Part shown: positions 1-11,416 of the stretch, piece by piece
Numbering within the stretch: the stretch's first letter is position 1
Layout: the number at the start of each line of letters is the position of its first letter
NCBI GenBank assembly: GCA_964057225.1
Contig: OZ059895.1
Coordinates: forward strand, 14,322,001 to 14,386,000
Source of the DNA: Auanema rhodensis
Taxonomy: Eukaryota > Animalia > Nematoda
Length of the DNA: 64,000 nucleotides
Reading direction: 5' to 3'
Notes under the pieces: model-generated
What the model was told of the DNA's origin: nothing
Database searches by the model: none
What the model saw: the letters and a program-made list of their open reading frames with translations, nothing else
Translations under genes and position numbers: made by a program

Positions 1-1830
1 CTCATCCTCGATACTCCTCTTCCACTCAACAATCTAGTGTTGATAGTGCGTTTCTTGGAAGTTATCAGGTTTGTAAACATATTCTCTGCGCTGATGCCTT
101 ATCTGGAATTTTTTTAGGAGCGTGATATTGACGCTGAAATCTTGTCTAGGCAGACTGTATCACCATTAGCTTCAACTGTTGATCAATCCCCATCTATGGA
201 ATCTTCTCTGGGTTCAATTCCTGATACTAGTCGTACTGATCCTGGAATATCCTGTATTTCTGATGCGGAAGAACGTAAACGGCGCCAACAGGTACGAAGT
301 TTCGCTGAGCCAGCTCGGATTTACATTGTTTTCCTCAGGATATGTATTCTGCTCGTCGCATTTTCATAGCTGGTCCAGAAGCCGAAGCTCTCGCAACTGC
401 GAGTGATTCGAAAGCCATTGATGCCTTAGTTAATCATACACATCACTTAAACATTGCCAATAGTCCAGCTTTAGATGTAAGATATTTATCAGAAAATTAG
501 TGGAATCTCATTCATATTTTCTAGGTTCTGTCTGAAGAGACCAGAGAAAAAATTCGTAAAATGCAGCGGAAACAAAATTTATTAGATAAGCCAAGGGAAG
601 GACCTGTTGTTCTAGATAGTATGAAAGAATCTACAACCAAGGTAAATCCTTTTCAAATCTTCTCACCAACTTTCATTATGACTTTCTCGTCAGACAGTGA
701 GCTCATCCACTATCAAGGACCAAATTGACTCCATGTCTTGTACATCAGACTACTCTACTACCAGCTCCGCTCCTTTAACGACACCCTTAGCTGTAACTTG
801 CGGAGCTGATGCTCCAACATCGTCTGATTATGCCTCCAGGTAGCGTTTATATTCGGTTGTTCGGAAAATACTGTAGAGAATTCCCAATTTCATTATACAT
901 ATATATATGGTGTATTATTTTTATTCTCAATTTTTCTTCAATACTTTATATTTCGTTTGAAAATATATTTGATTATATTTCTACTTATAAACTTAAAATT
1001 GATTTTTAACTCAATATTAGGTTTAAATTTTATTTCTTTGGACTATTAAATTTCGAATACGGTTTTTGGATTCTTCAAATTTGGCAGTAGTATAACTAGT
1101 ATAACTGATAATGAATATATGAATAATGAAGGCTTCGAAGTTGTAAACTCAAAGTGCCTAACGATTAAGCCAATAATAGCTGCCCGCCATCATGAAATTG
1201 TGATCAAAGATGATTTATAGACGATCTTCTTCTATAATATTGCTTTCAATATTAATAAAGTTTATGATTAAAGTAAACAGAAAATTTTGAAAAGTAAAGT
1301 TACGGCTGAAATCCAATTCTATTTTCCTAATAAAGTAATCTATATAGACAGTTGTAACTTGTAATCTTTTTTAGCGATCCCAGTCCATGTGCCCGCAACC
1401 TATCTACCTCACCCTATTCACGACCATCAGCTCTTGCTGTAATCAACAGTTCCGTGAATAACACACCGACATCAACAAATTCAATATCATCAAGCAACAA
1501 CACTACTACTACGACGACAGAATCACGATGCCAGCAGAAGATTCGTCTGCGAACTAAGTCTTCTGTAGCCAATCGTGACTCTTCTCGACGACATACTCTG
1601 TCTGATGTCGATCTTCTTAAGGTATTTCCCACACATAATCTATTTTGATCTAAGCTTAGATGTTGCAGGAAGGTCGTTTAGACAAGTTAGCTCGTTGGTT
1701 CGGATTACGAAAATCGTCGCCTGATGTCAGTCAAGATCCAGCCAGTGTCCCTCAGTTCATTTCACCTCCGGCTATCATTCGAACATCGCCTAATGAGCTG
1801 ACGCCGGTCAGTGGAGACGAATTGCTGTGA
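1..1830 (+). CDS. pac-1: 3' portion (multi-exon, 5' end outside window) of a PAC-1/ARHGAP21-23-like RhoGAP; low-complexity C-terminal tail
   Basis: Manual splicing across short GT-AG introns gives ...SAFLGSYQ|ERDIDAEILSRQTVSP...ESSLGSIPDTSRT...KRRQQ|DMYSARRIFIAG...SPALD|VLSEETREKIRKMQ...RRHTLSDVDLLK|EGRLDKLARWFGLRKSSPD...TPVSGDELL*, with TGA at 1828-1830. The RRHTL motif and these blocks match my recollection of nematode PAC-1. The GAP domain itself is not in the window. Confidence 0.65.
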
Positions 1831-3617
1831 TGAATCTCTATCTGAGCATGATTTGGTTCAATCTCATGCGTAGCTTCCACATCAAACTGTTCATGGCATG
1901 TATTTTCGTTTTTGAAAATTCATGTAACTGTGGCACATGATGAGTTATTGCCGACGCTTCTTGCTCATGAGAAGAGGAACATCTTAAGTCATGCTACAAC
2001 TTAGGAAAAATCGCATCATTTGAGCAATACACCTTCCGCCTTATCCAGCATTACCACCATCTCAATGACTAGCTGTCTTTGGTTTCAAGAATTTTGTGCA
2101 GAACACAGAAAAATTAGTAGTATGTTAGGTATATATCTATAGATATCTTTTTTATTTTTTGCAATTGGTCATGTCGTCGTTTCGGTTTCTTGTGCGAGCC
2201 ACAAATTGTCACTCATATTCCCATTTCTAATCTTGGATATCTGAGTCTCTTGTTCTCAATGTTTATTGGCCTTTCTTTTCACTTCATCATCTACTTGTTC
2301 AACCAAAAAAACTGAATGATTCTACTTTCCTTCTCAGTCATTTTATCTTTTTCTTTTCCGCGAAGAACTTTCACACCTTGCGTCTGAATCTGAAACTAGT
2401 CAATTGTCTTGTGCGGATTTTCAAGTATTACCCTCCACTTTCTGATTGTAAAGCCTTGTAGTCATGTTTTTTCAATTTTCCGTCCAAAATTAACCGCATA
2501 TTGCCGTAAAACAGATCTCGTAATCGGTCAAAACACGGGATGTAAATTACAGTTTACTACCTACCTACCTACCTGCCTGGTCGTCTTCGTCTTCTACTCC
2601 AGTCTTTGGTTCCCTTTTTTTTTATTTTTATTTACCTGAAATTCAATTAATATCAATAAGATGAATGATGGCCTTATACACGTTCTAGGATAGAGACAAA
2701 GTTTCCAACAAATGTTAAAACTTGCCATGTGGGTTCAGTCAACGATTTAAAACTCTTGAATATTACCTTTCATATTTCTCTCCAACCTGCTAACATCAAC
2801 GACTTATTGTCTCTCTATAATAATATTTCTTACCTTTTGAAGTATTTCAATATATTGTCCTTTCTATATGTGTATTTTCCGGACGACACCACTTGTTGTA
2901 GATATTATGAAATTGAAAAACAGCTGCTATAATCTACGAAGTATATTATGAAACTTAGAAATTTCCTTTTAAAATCATTGCCAGATTCAGCGCAAGCGGA
3001 AACTAATAAAATTTTGGTTGTATATCCACTATTATGGTATGTTTAACTATCATCATTTTCGTTTTTCCTCGTATTGTTTTCTATTTTTTTACTATTCAAG
3101 TATTAGCTAAGCATTGTGGTCTAGCCACAATTCTAATTATTGTGATCCTATATCTGGTAGTCGACCATTGTCGGTCTTAATGAACGATCTTATGACCTGT
3201 TTTTTCTTTATTTATATGAACATACACATGAAAATCATACATATTCAATTCAATACAAATATCATATAATTTACCAAAAATGAACAACAAACAGACAAAT
3301 ATCCAGAATGAAGATACAGCTTATGACTTGCAATAACCTATTACATCAATTACATATCAGAGGAAACTGTCAAGTTTGACCTAAAACACACAGCACGTGT
3401 ATTAGAGAGAAGACGTGAGATGTATCTTTTCTCAGAAGATCATGGGTGAAGAATACTGTATTCAACCAAAAGATGAGTAACTAAAGAAATGAATCGCATT
3501 CAAGTTATTAGATTGATCTATGTTATCTATCGTTGCAAGCCAGGGCTTTACGCCCACTTTGATTTTTCAATTTTAAGAATCCGAAGAACTTGATTCATCT
3601 AATGATTTTCGATTCAT

Positions 3618-3712
3618 ATTGCTCTCCAGTGGAGAGCGTTCCAAAATTTAATTCGAACACAGAATGTTTCTGGTTGAATCAGGAAAGTACCTCAAACTTG
3701 GGTAATTAAACC
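3618..3712 (-). ncRNA. sls-1: SL1 spliced-leader RNA
   Basis: The minus strand reads GGTTTAATTACCCAAGTTTGAG (3712-3691, canonical nematode SL1), then a GT donor, stem-loop II, Sm site AATTTTGGA and terminal hairpin GCTCTCC-ACT-GGAGAGC. Length is about 95 nt; the 3' end is approximate. Confidence 0.96.
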
Positions 3713-3753
3713 GACGAAGCAGTGTCACCTCCCAGTGGCATAAATGCACGTGT

Positions 3754-3778
3754 CGTATCCCATTGGGGTGTTGTGTCT
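3754..3778 (-). promoter_or_regulatory. Candidate proximal sequence element (PSE) of the SL1 RNA promoter, about -42 to -66; recurs in each unit
   Basis: The plus-strand block CGTATC.CAT....GTG(T/C)T begins exactly 42 nt from +1 in the standard unit (3754) and in the otherwise diverged promoter (4442). This is the position expected for a nematode snRNA-type PSE. Confidence 0.7.
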
Positions 3779-3958
3779 CTCCCCCCAACATGGTATAGAC
3801 CGTCTCTCTTGACTAGATACCATGGGTCATACACACGTGTAGGCTACATCTAAACTTGGCTCATCTCAACTATAATTCCCAGAATGATTATCATCTTCGT
3901 TGATTTTTCATTTTTAAAAATCCAAAGAACTTGATTCATCCAATGATTTTCGATTCAT

Positions 3959-4053
3959 GTTGCTCTCCAGTGGAGAGCGTTCCAAAATTTAATTCGAACA
4001 CAGAATGTTTCTGGTTGAATCAGGAAAGTACCTCAAACTTGGGTAATTAAACC
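3959..4053 (-). ncRNA. sls-1: SL1 spliced-leader RNA
   Basis: Leader at 4053-4032, with donor, Sm site and hairpin as in the first copy. Confidence 0.96.
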
Positions 4054-4305
4054 GACGAAGCAGTGTTACCTCCCAGTGCCTTTAATGTAAGCGCCGTATC
4101 ACATAGACGTGTTGTGTCTCTCCCCCCCCCCCCCAACATGGTATAGACCGTCTCTCTTGACTAGATACCATGGGTCATACACACGTGTAGACTACATCGA
4201 ACTTGGCTCATCTCAACTACAATTCCCAGAATGATTATCATCTTCGTTGATTTTTCAATTTTAAAAATCCAAAGAACTTGATTCATCCAATGTTTTTCGA
4301 TTCAT

Positions 4306-4400
4306 GTTGCTCCCCAGTGGAGAGCGTTCCAAAATTTAATTCGAACACAGAATGTTTCTGGTTGAATCAGGAAAGTACCTCAAACTTGGGTAATTAAACC
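4306..4400 (-). ncRNA. sls-1: SL1 spliced-leader RNA (variant hairpin, diverged promoter)
   Basis: Leader at 4400-4379. The terminal hairpin reads GCTCTCC-ACT-GGGGAGC, where the A>G change is tolerated as a U-G pair. Confidence 0.94.
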
Positions 4401-4731
4401 AAAGAGAAAGTGGTCCCACCTAGTGCCGTCAAAATATGCACCGTATCCCATTCGGGTGTTCTGTTTATACCAATCTGAATGGACTTTCCTTCCCTACATT
4501 AGACATTGATTGCCTCATTTGCGTCCCAACTTTCTTTAAAATATTAAATAAAGATTATAATGAATTATAAATATTCGTTGTATCTCTTTTCTCTTCTATC
4601 TCAACGTGTGGTGTTTTGTACTTGTAATTTTAAATTAGTACTGTAAATATAAATAATATAAAATATATATTTGAATGTCAAAATGAAAAAAAAACAAGAA
4701 ACATTTGAAACAAACAATTTCAAAAAGGAAT

Positions 4732-7700
4732 TCAATCCAAATCTGGTTCTGGGACCTTAGTGAAAGTGGGTCCTGAACTGGCATTGCTGGCATTACTGGC
4801 AGCTGGCTCTGGAGCTGGATCAGCAGGTCCGCCGCAAGCACTGTCAGAACAGTTTTCGGATGAGCATCCACCTTAATCAAAGTAAATTCCCAAAATGAAG
4901 TGTGATAAACAAACCTCCAAACATGCCTCCCATATTGCCAAACATTCCAGATCCTCCAGCTCCAAACATTTGGGAGCAGAACTTCATGATTTTGGGATTT
5001 CCAGCGTATTTGGAAATGTTTCCTGGGTTAGACATGATGTCGTTCAAAGCATTCATAAGCTAAAATATCTTATATTATATAAATACTAATTATGCAAACC
5101 TCAGGATCCTTCAAAACTTCTTGGAAGTCAGCAGGCATACCTCCGGCCCCACCGGGCATTCCGAAGTCAAAATCTTCATTCTAAAGAAATAAGGTAATAC
5201 CTTAAAAAAAAAGTATTCAACCTGAGCAGCTTCTTCAGCAGCCTTTCTATTGGCCTCGCGAATCTTTTGAGATCTCTTAACCTTCTCCTTAAGTTCTCTG
5301 CGATCCAAAGCACGGTTATACTCTTGTAGTTTCTTTGCCTATAAAAAGACATTAAGTAATGAAATAATGCTGTCATGTGTCATGAGAAAAGTATTTGCAC
5401 AACACTCATCAACGGTGGAAATCAACGAGAAAACAAATTTCGCACGGAAGTCGAGATAAAAACAATCGAAAAATCGCAGAAACTTTAATATCAAACGTGT
5501 TGAATCTATAGATTTTTTGAATATATAATAAACTTTCAAAATCATTCGAAATGCTTTCAAGAATAGCTTTTCACCTCGAGTTATCATGTACAGCTTAATA
5601 TATAGAATTGAACTGTCTTCAAATCGTACATACTTAACTCCTATGTATCATCTAATAGAATAGTTTCGTCAAATACAAATAGAATGAGTTGAGCTAGACT
5701 AGTGATAGGTTAGTCAACTGCAACTCACCCGCTCAACTTAACTCAAATCATTCAACTTTACTATTTGATTGATCACAACCATTTTCTATAATAATTCTGT
5801 GATTTACGTCACAGAATTTGAGTTTTCTTCCATACTATGAGCAAATACAGTGCTCAATTCGTACCATATAATCTTCACGAAAAAGAAAATCACCTCTTGG
5901 AATACAGAACAGACACTGACGCCATTTTGTTTAATTCTGATTCAAAGCATGTTTTGTCAAAGAGCCGACTTCTAGCCCATTCAACAGTCGTCAGCAGTCG
6001 AGAAGACAGCTGTGTTGAGCGGTTCGAAGGGAGATCCGCCAGCAATAGCAGCAGCAGTAGCAGCCAAGAAACCAGCCGAAGAAGCCAGTGTGAGGCATGT
6101 CACGCTGCTAGTGGCTGTTGCCGATATCGAAATATTGTAACGAAAACGAATTACCCTACGAAAAGCCTTTTTAGTTATTTTACCTACTCATTCAACATGT
6201 CTAGTATTACTATATTATTGAAGCTATTTGTGCTGGCTGTGCTCTTGACCACTACCACAGGTTCGTAACATTCCTTTCGATATCCGTTTCATCTCTCACT
6301 CGCATGCATGCATGCTGAACTCATATTCAATAAAGTATTTCTTTAAGCAAACACTAAATTGCTGATTGTGGGACAGAGTAGAAACAATAACTACAAGTTC
6401 TCTTTGGCAGAACAATATTTTCCGGAAATCGGCAAATATGTTAAAGGTACGTCATCATCATTGATGTTCAATCAATTTTTTTCCAACCAGTGTAATAACC
6501 CATTTAACTTTCGCATTATTTTTACCAAAGAAAAATCGGAAGTTCAAAGCTTTCTGTCGAAATCCTCGTAACTTATGGTATATATACCCTTTCACAATGC
6601 TGCGTGAAAGTATAGATTGTACAAAAAATAACTTTTGAATAGGATTTGACTCAAATCCATCTCAGCCTCTCTTCACTAAGCGAAATTGATATCATGCTTC
6701 AACATGTGTGTTCTCTCTCCGTCGGTATTACTAGAGACCAACGAAATTTAAGAGACACGCTAGATCCACAAGGTGTAATATCTCAACATATTCGCCAAAG
6801 TCCTCCTCTCCACCACATGCCCTACTCTACTAAAGATTTCGTTTTTGCTACAAGCCAATAAAATCAAGAAATATATGAACTTCCTTTCATTTTTCTCCTT
6901 TACCACCTTGATAGATTAAATCAGCTGATTAGATATAAGTCTTAAGCAATCTTGTAGGAAAAAAATGGACACAAATGAAAACATCATAACTGGCTATACG
7001 AGAGCTAATCAAAGAAAGAAAATGAATGTCCAGCAAACAAAATTCGAATTTTAGATTTTCTTACGATTAATGATTTTTCTGCAGAACCACAAGCAAGTTT
7101 TTATGTTTTCTCACAAAACTATTGTGGAGAAGAATTAAATGCCGAAGTATATTCACCCTGCTACAAAGTATCGTCAGTAACAGGAAACTTCTCAACTATT
7201 ATTATTTCTCAACGTGGTACGGATGAGATGAGCTTCGCAGAAATTGAAGTCTTTTATAATTTTTTGGACAAAATAAATTCAATGCTGGTGATCGAAATTG
7301 GTTAGGCATCCATTCACTTTTCTTCATATTTTGATATATTTCATAGGTGACGAAGCTGTTCAGACTAGAGCACTTCTAAGAAAAGGCTCTCAATGCTGGG
7401 GAGAAACATCTATCTCAGTTGTATCTCCGAACAGAGCTTTTCTCTGTAATGGATTTCAGCCATCAGAAGCCCAGTTAGTATTCCAATATATGACTTCTTA
7501 AAATCATAAGTTTCAGTGATATCGTCACTCTTGAATCTATCAACTTGATTCAGACAGAACAAATCACATTGCCGAATATCCAAAATAGACCATTCTGGCC
7601 ATGCTTGTTCGTGTCCGCATCCCCAAAATCTTCAAAAAAATCAAAGCAGGTTCGTAATTTTACAGTGATACCGGGATATTTTCTCATTCAAGGCTACTCC

Positions 7701-10700
7701 TGCTCCAAAAGTACAGGAAGAAGATGAGGAAGATGAAGACGTTTATGACGCAGCAGCAGATAATGATGACAGAGATGAAGATGAAGATCACAGTAATAAA
7801 GCCAAAAGCAGCGCCGCCAGCAAATACAAACCACACAAAGCTCCAAAAAGTGTGGAACAGAAGAAACTAGAGTGCAAGTACAGGAAATCATGCTATGATA
7901 CTGGAAAGCTTCCTGACATAGACCAAGATTACAACATCTGGCCTAGTTTTATGAGCAATGATGAGCAAAGTGAAGATGAGGATAAAGATGACGACGATGA
8001 CGATATAGATGATGATGATACGGCCAGAATTACTGCTATGAAACTTAAATGCAAGTATCGCCTGGATTGCTACAAAAGCAAGAACATCCCATTGTCAGCC
8101 AAGGAAATGGAACACAACGAAAAGAAAATCGCTTCAACAGCTACATCAGCCCCTACATCCGGGAAGAAAAAATCATTGAAAGATATAGCCCAAAAGGCAG
8201 TTAAGAAAGTTAAAGCAGCTGAAGAAAAAGCCGCAGCTCGCCCAATTCCTAAAGCCGTCAGAGTTGAGAGAAAAATGGAGCAAATGGAAGATGAAATGAA
8301 CAAAAAGCTTAGATGCAAGTACAGAAAAAGTTGCTACGAGACCGGTATATTACCCCCAATTCAAGAAATGTGGGTATCACAGTCGTCATCCGAAAATAAG
8401 GTTGATGAGGAAGAGAAGGACTTCAATGAAATGACGGAATTGGAGCAAAAATTCTATTGCAAATACAGAAAGAGCTGTTACTCTACAGGAACCAAGCCGG
8501 AGATTCAGCCGGAAATACGCATCCAAAGCTTGTCAGATCTTCAAGATCTTCCGGATATTGTTCAAACTAGGAAAATAACTATTCAAGAAAAGTGCAAGTA
8601 CAGAAAATCCTGTTACAAGACAGGAATTCTCCCTGAAATTCATCCTCCTGTTGAATACGTCGTGGAACAGAAGCATGTTAGCTCAGTGGTACCAACAAGT
8701 CTTGATGACTTGAAAAACCTTTGCAAATATAGAAAATCATGTTATGAAGAAATAGCATCATCAGGAACTACAGAAGTCGTTAAGACTATTCGCAAGAGAC
8801 GACTTATCGAGAAGGAAGAGAGAAAGAGAAGACACCGCCGTGAAAAGCTTCGTAAACGTGCTAAAGGTACAATAGAATTCCAAGAAGAACAAGACGATTA
8901 TGAAGATAATAAGCAGTTAGATGAAGTCGAGGAAAAGAAGAAGGAAGAAGTACCTACCCACAAGAAGAAAGACCGTAAGGAGAAGAAGCAGAAAACTATC
9001 GTCCAGGATATCGTGGAAAAAGTACCAATTGTAGTTCAGGTTCAGAAAACTATGGAATCTGCAGCAGATCCACAAGAAGGAAAAAAATCCAACAGAAAAA
9101 ACAAAAAGGCTAAACAAGGATCAAAATCAGAGGATTCAGAACCTGAAGTTGCTACCGAAAATATCGAAGAGCCACAGAAGGAAGTAGAAGAAGTTATTGA
9201 AAAAACGGCAAAGAAAAGCCTCAAGAAATTGAAAACTCCAAAACCTGAACAGGTGGAAGAAGAAATGGTTAAGGTTGTTGTAACCGAAGTCAAGGAAGAG
9301 CCAGTCAAGAAAGAGAAGAAAGAAAAAGAGAAAAAGGTCAGCAAGGAGCAACATAAGAAGGAAAAAACGACTAAAGTTAAGCCAACAGAAGCAACTCATA
9401 CAAAGAGTAAAGATGAGGATGATGAATTTTTGGAAAGACAGAAACAAAGAGATCATTGCAAGTATCGCAAATCTTGCTACGATTCTGGAAAGCGACCTGT
9501 TATTGATCAGACTATCAGCACCATGTACAACACCTTTAACCAACATGTGGACAAGGTTTATGAACAACGACCAAAATCTGAATCTGACCAAAAGCTCGAT
9601 TGCAAATATCGTAAATCCTGTTATGATACTGGAGAGCTACCAGACTTAACAATCCATCAAGACATCGTTGCACCAAAACTTGAAGACATTCACGACAAAA
9701 AGCTTCAATGCAAATATCGTAAATCATGTTATGATGATAGCATCGAAGACAAAGTCGAGAAAGTTCAAACTCAAGAAGAAGCGAGAAAGCCTTCAATCCA
9801 AAAGGTGGTCTCAGAACCAAAAGTTTCTAAAAAGAGTGGAGAAAAGAAAGTAGAAAAATCTGAAGAAGCTAAGAGACAAGAAAAGAAGCAGGAAAAGAAG
9901 AAATTGAAGGATGATGATGATGACGATGACGATGATGATAAAGATGATGATGACAAAGAAAAGGAAGAAAAGAAAAAGGTAATTTCAATTAGGTTAGATT
10001 TATTGAAATTTTGAATTAAAGGCACCCCATGTCCATGCTGAAATACGCCGTGGGCATGATTTGGATGCAGATGAGAAACTTCAATGCAAGTATAGAAAAT
10101 CATGTTATGGAACCGTAAAGCCGAGATCAAAAAATCAAGATCACAGTGGAAGCATGGCTCGGCAAGCTCAACCCATTACTAGAACAAAGTGTAATGAGTA
10201 TTATCTTTCATGCAGAGAAGAGTTGGGTCTTCCTCCAAAGGTGGCACATTCCATTCTTCATAACTTTTCGAATAAGCTGAATATTTTTCAGGAGAAAGCC
10301 CCAATGGGTCCTAGTGGTCGCAAACTCTGCCGAAAGAAGAAGCAGTGATTCAATTACGGTTCCAAACAGTGCCATTAATATTACGTATTTAGCTATATTT
10401 ATATACCCAAATTATCTAGTCTAGCTTTACGGATAGAATAAATTTTTCAAATTGCAACAAACTTACATTTGGTTCAACTTCCTTGAGCCACTCATTAGCG
10501 GTATCATCAAAATCAATTTTGCATGCAGTAGCCAAATCTTTGTGAGCTTCGAGCCATTTTCCAAGTAATCTAGATCACACAATTATATTCGTAGTGATAA
10601 AAACTACAACCTGTAAGCGCGACCACGGAACTTGAAAGCTTGAGCTGAATCAGGGTTCAATAAGACGGCGCGATCGCAATCAGCAATAGCAGCAGTAGGT

Positions 10701-11408
10701 TTCTTCAACTTAAGAAGGGCACTAAATAGAATAACATAATTTTGTATTGATCCAAATTTAGTCTTACTTAGCTCTCTTAGCATATAAAACTGCAGATTGG
10801 GGATTGAGTTCGATAGCGGCAGTGAACTTTTGAACAGCCTCATCCAAATTGCCTGCAATATAAATCAAAAATATATAAAAGGAGCTTATTGCCAACCTTC
10901 ACTGAAGGCGGCCATGGCGGCATCGCGCAGTTCGCTGGCCTTTTCCATATCATCATCGGAAGGCTGAACGATAACAAATAAACATAGCTGTAAAAATTAT
11001 AAACTTACACTCTTGTTTTCATCTCCCATTGAAAGTGGTACACTGTCATCAGATTCAATAACACCAGAGTTATCAAGTTCAGGGTATGGAATCTCAGGTT
11101 CTTCCTCCTAAAGAAAGGGAAAGTACTTTGACCTATAATTATTCAATAATACTTCTTCAGAAGCAGCTTGAGTGGTTTCAGGTTCTGGCTTAGGCTTTTC
11201 GGGCTCAGACATAGGGCATTTCTTCTCTTTCTTAGGTGGGAGAGTAGCTCCAAGACTAAAACCAGTTTTCCAGAAAAAAAAATAAAATTCATTGTTTTTA
11301 CCTGACAAGATAATCTGCGAAAAACTTCAGCTTAGGTTCGTGTAACATATCGGGATTCTGCTGAAGTCCCATGACAAAGCCTTTAAGCAACTCGAAATGT
11401 TGTTCCAT
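4732..11408 (-). CDS. hip-1: Hsp70-interacting protein HIP/ST13 (N-terminal dimerisation domain, TPRs, GGMP-like region, STI1/DP domain); multi-exon with a 5.1-kb intron at 5339-10466
   Basis: ATG at 11408: [35 protein letters not shown]|[12 protein letters not shown] region [36 protein letters not shown]. The frame continues across the large intron as WLKEVEPN|[18 protein letters not shown]...[10 protein letters not shown]...LKDPE|[18 protein letters not shown]...VPEPDLD*, with the stop at 4734-4732. Confidence 0.93.
6197..10348 (+). CDS. Secreted, highly charged protein with ten CKYRKSCY-type repeats; nested antisense inside the hip-1 intron
   Basis: ATG at 6197 encodes a signal-peptide-like [21 protein letters not shown] followed by a donor. 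Further exons lie near 7085, 7347 and 7517. A long exon at about 7693-9978 contains the 720-aa ORF, followed by a 43-nt intron at 9979-10021. The last exons end [13 protein letters not shown] at 10348. There are nine exact CKYRKSCY motifs plus one CKYRLDCY. Confidence 0.88.
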
Positions 11409-11416
11409 TTCTGCAA
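11409..11416 (-). promoter_or_regulatory. Probable trans-splice acceptor immediately upstream of the hip-1 ATG
   Basis: The minus strand reads TTGCAG-AA-ATG. The same arrangement precedes bas-1 (TTCTAG + 7 nt), dpy-18 (TTTAG + 8 nt) and the gene at 35406 (TTCTAG + 6 nt). Confidence 0.6.

Larger units (their letters stand above)
3560..4505 (-). repeat. SL1 RNA gene tandem cluster A (3 copies, 341-347 bp spacing)
   Basis: Three copies of the reverse-complemented SL1 leader end at 3712, 4053 and 4400, with near-identical spacers. The upstream region of the third copy is diverged. Confidence 0.95.

Noticed and set aside
3713-3958. 5S rRNA gene in the SL1 spacer
   Set aside because: No match by eye on either strand to the 5S sequence or its internal A/C boxes.
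8070-10130. Minus-strand ORFs overlapping the CKYRKSCY gene
   Set aside because: They are antisense shadows of a purine-rich coding exon and lie within the hip-1 intron.
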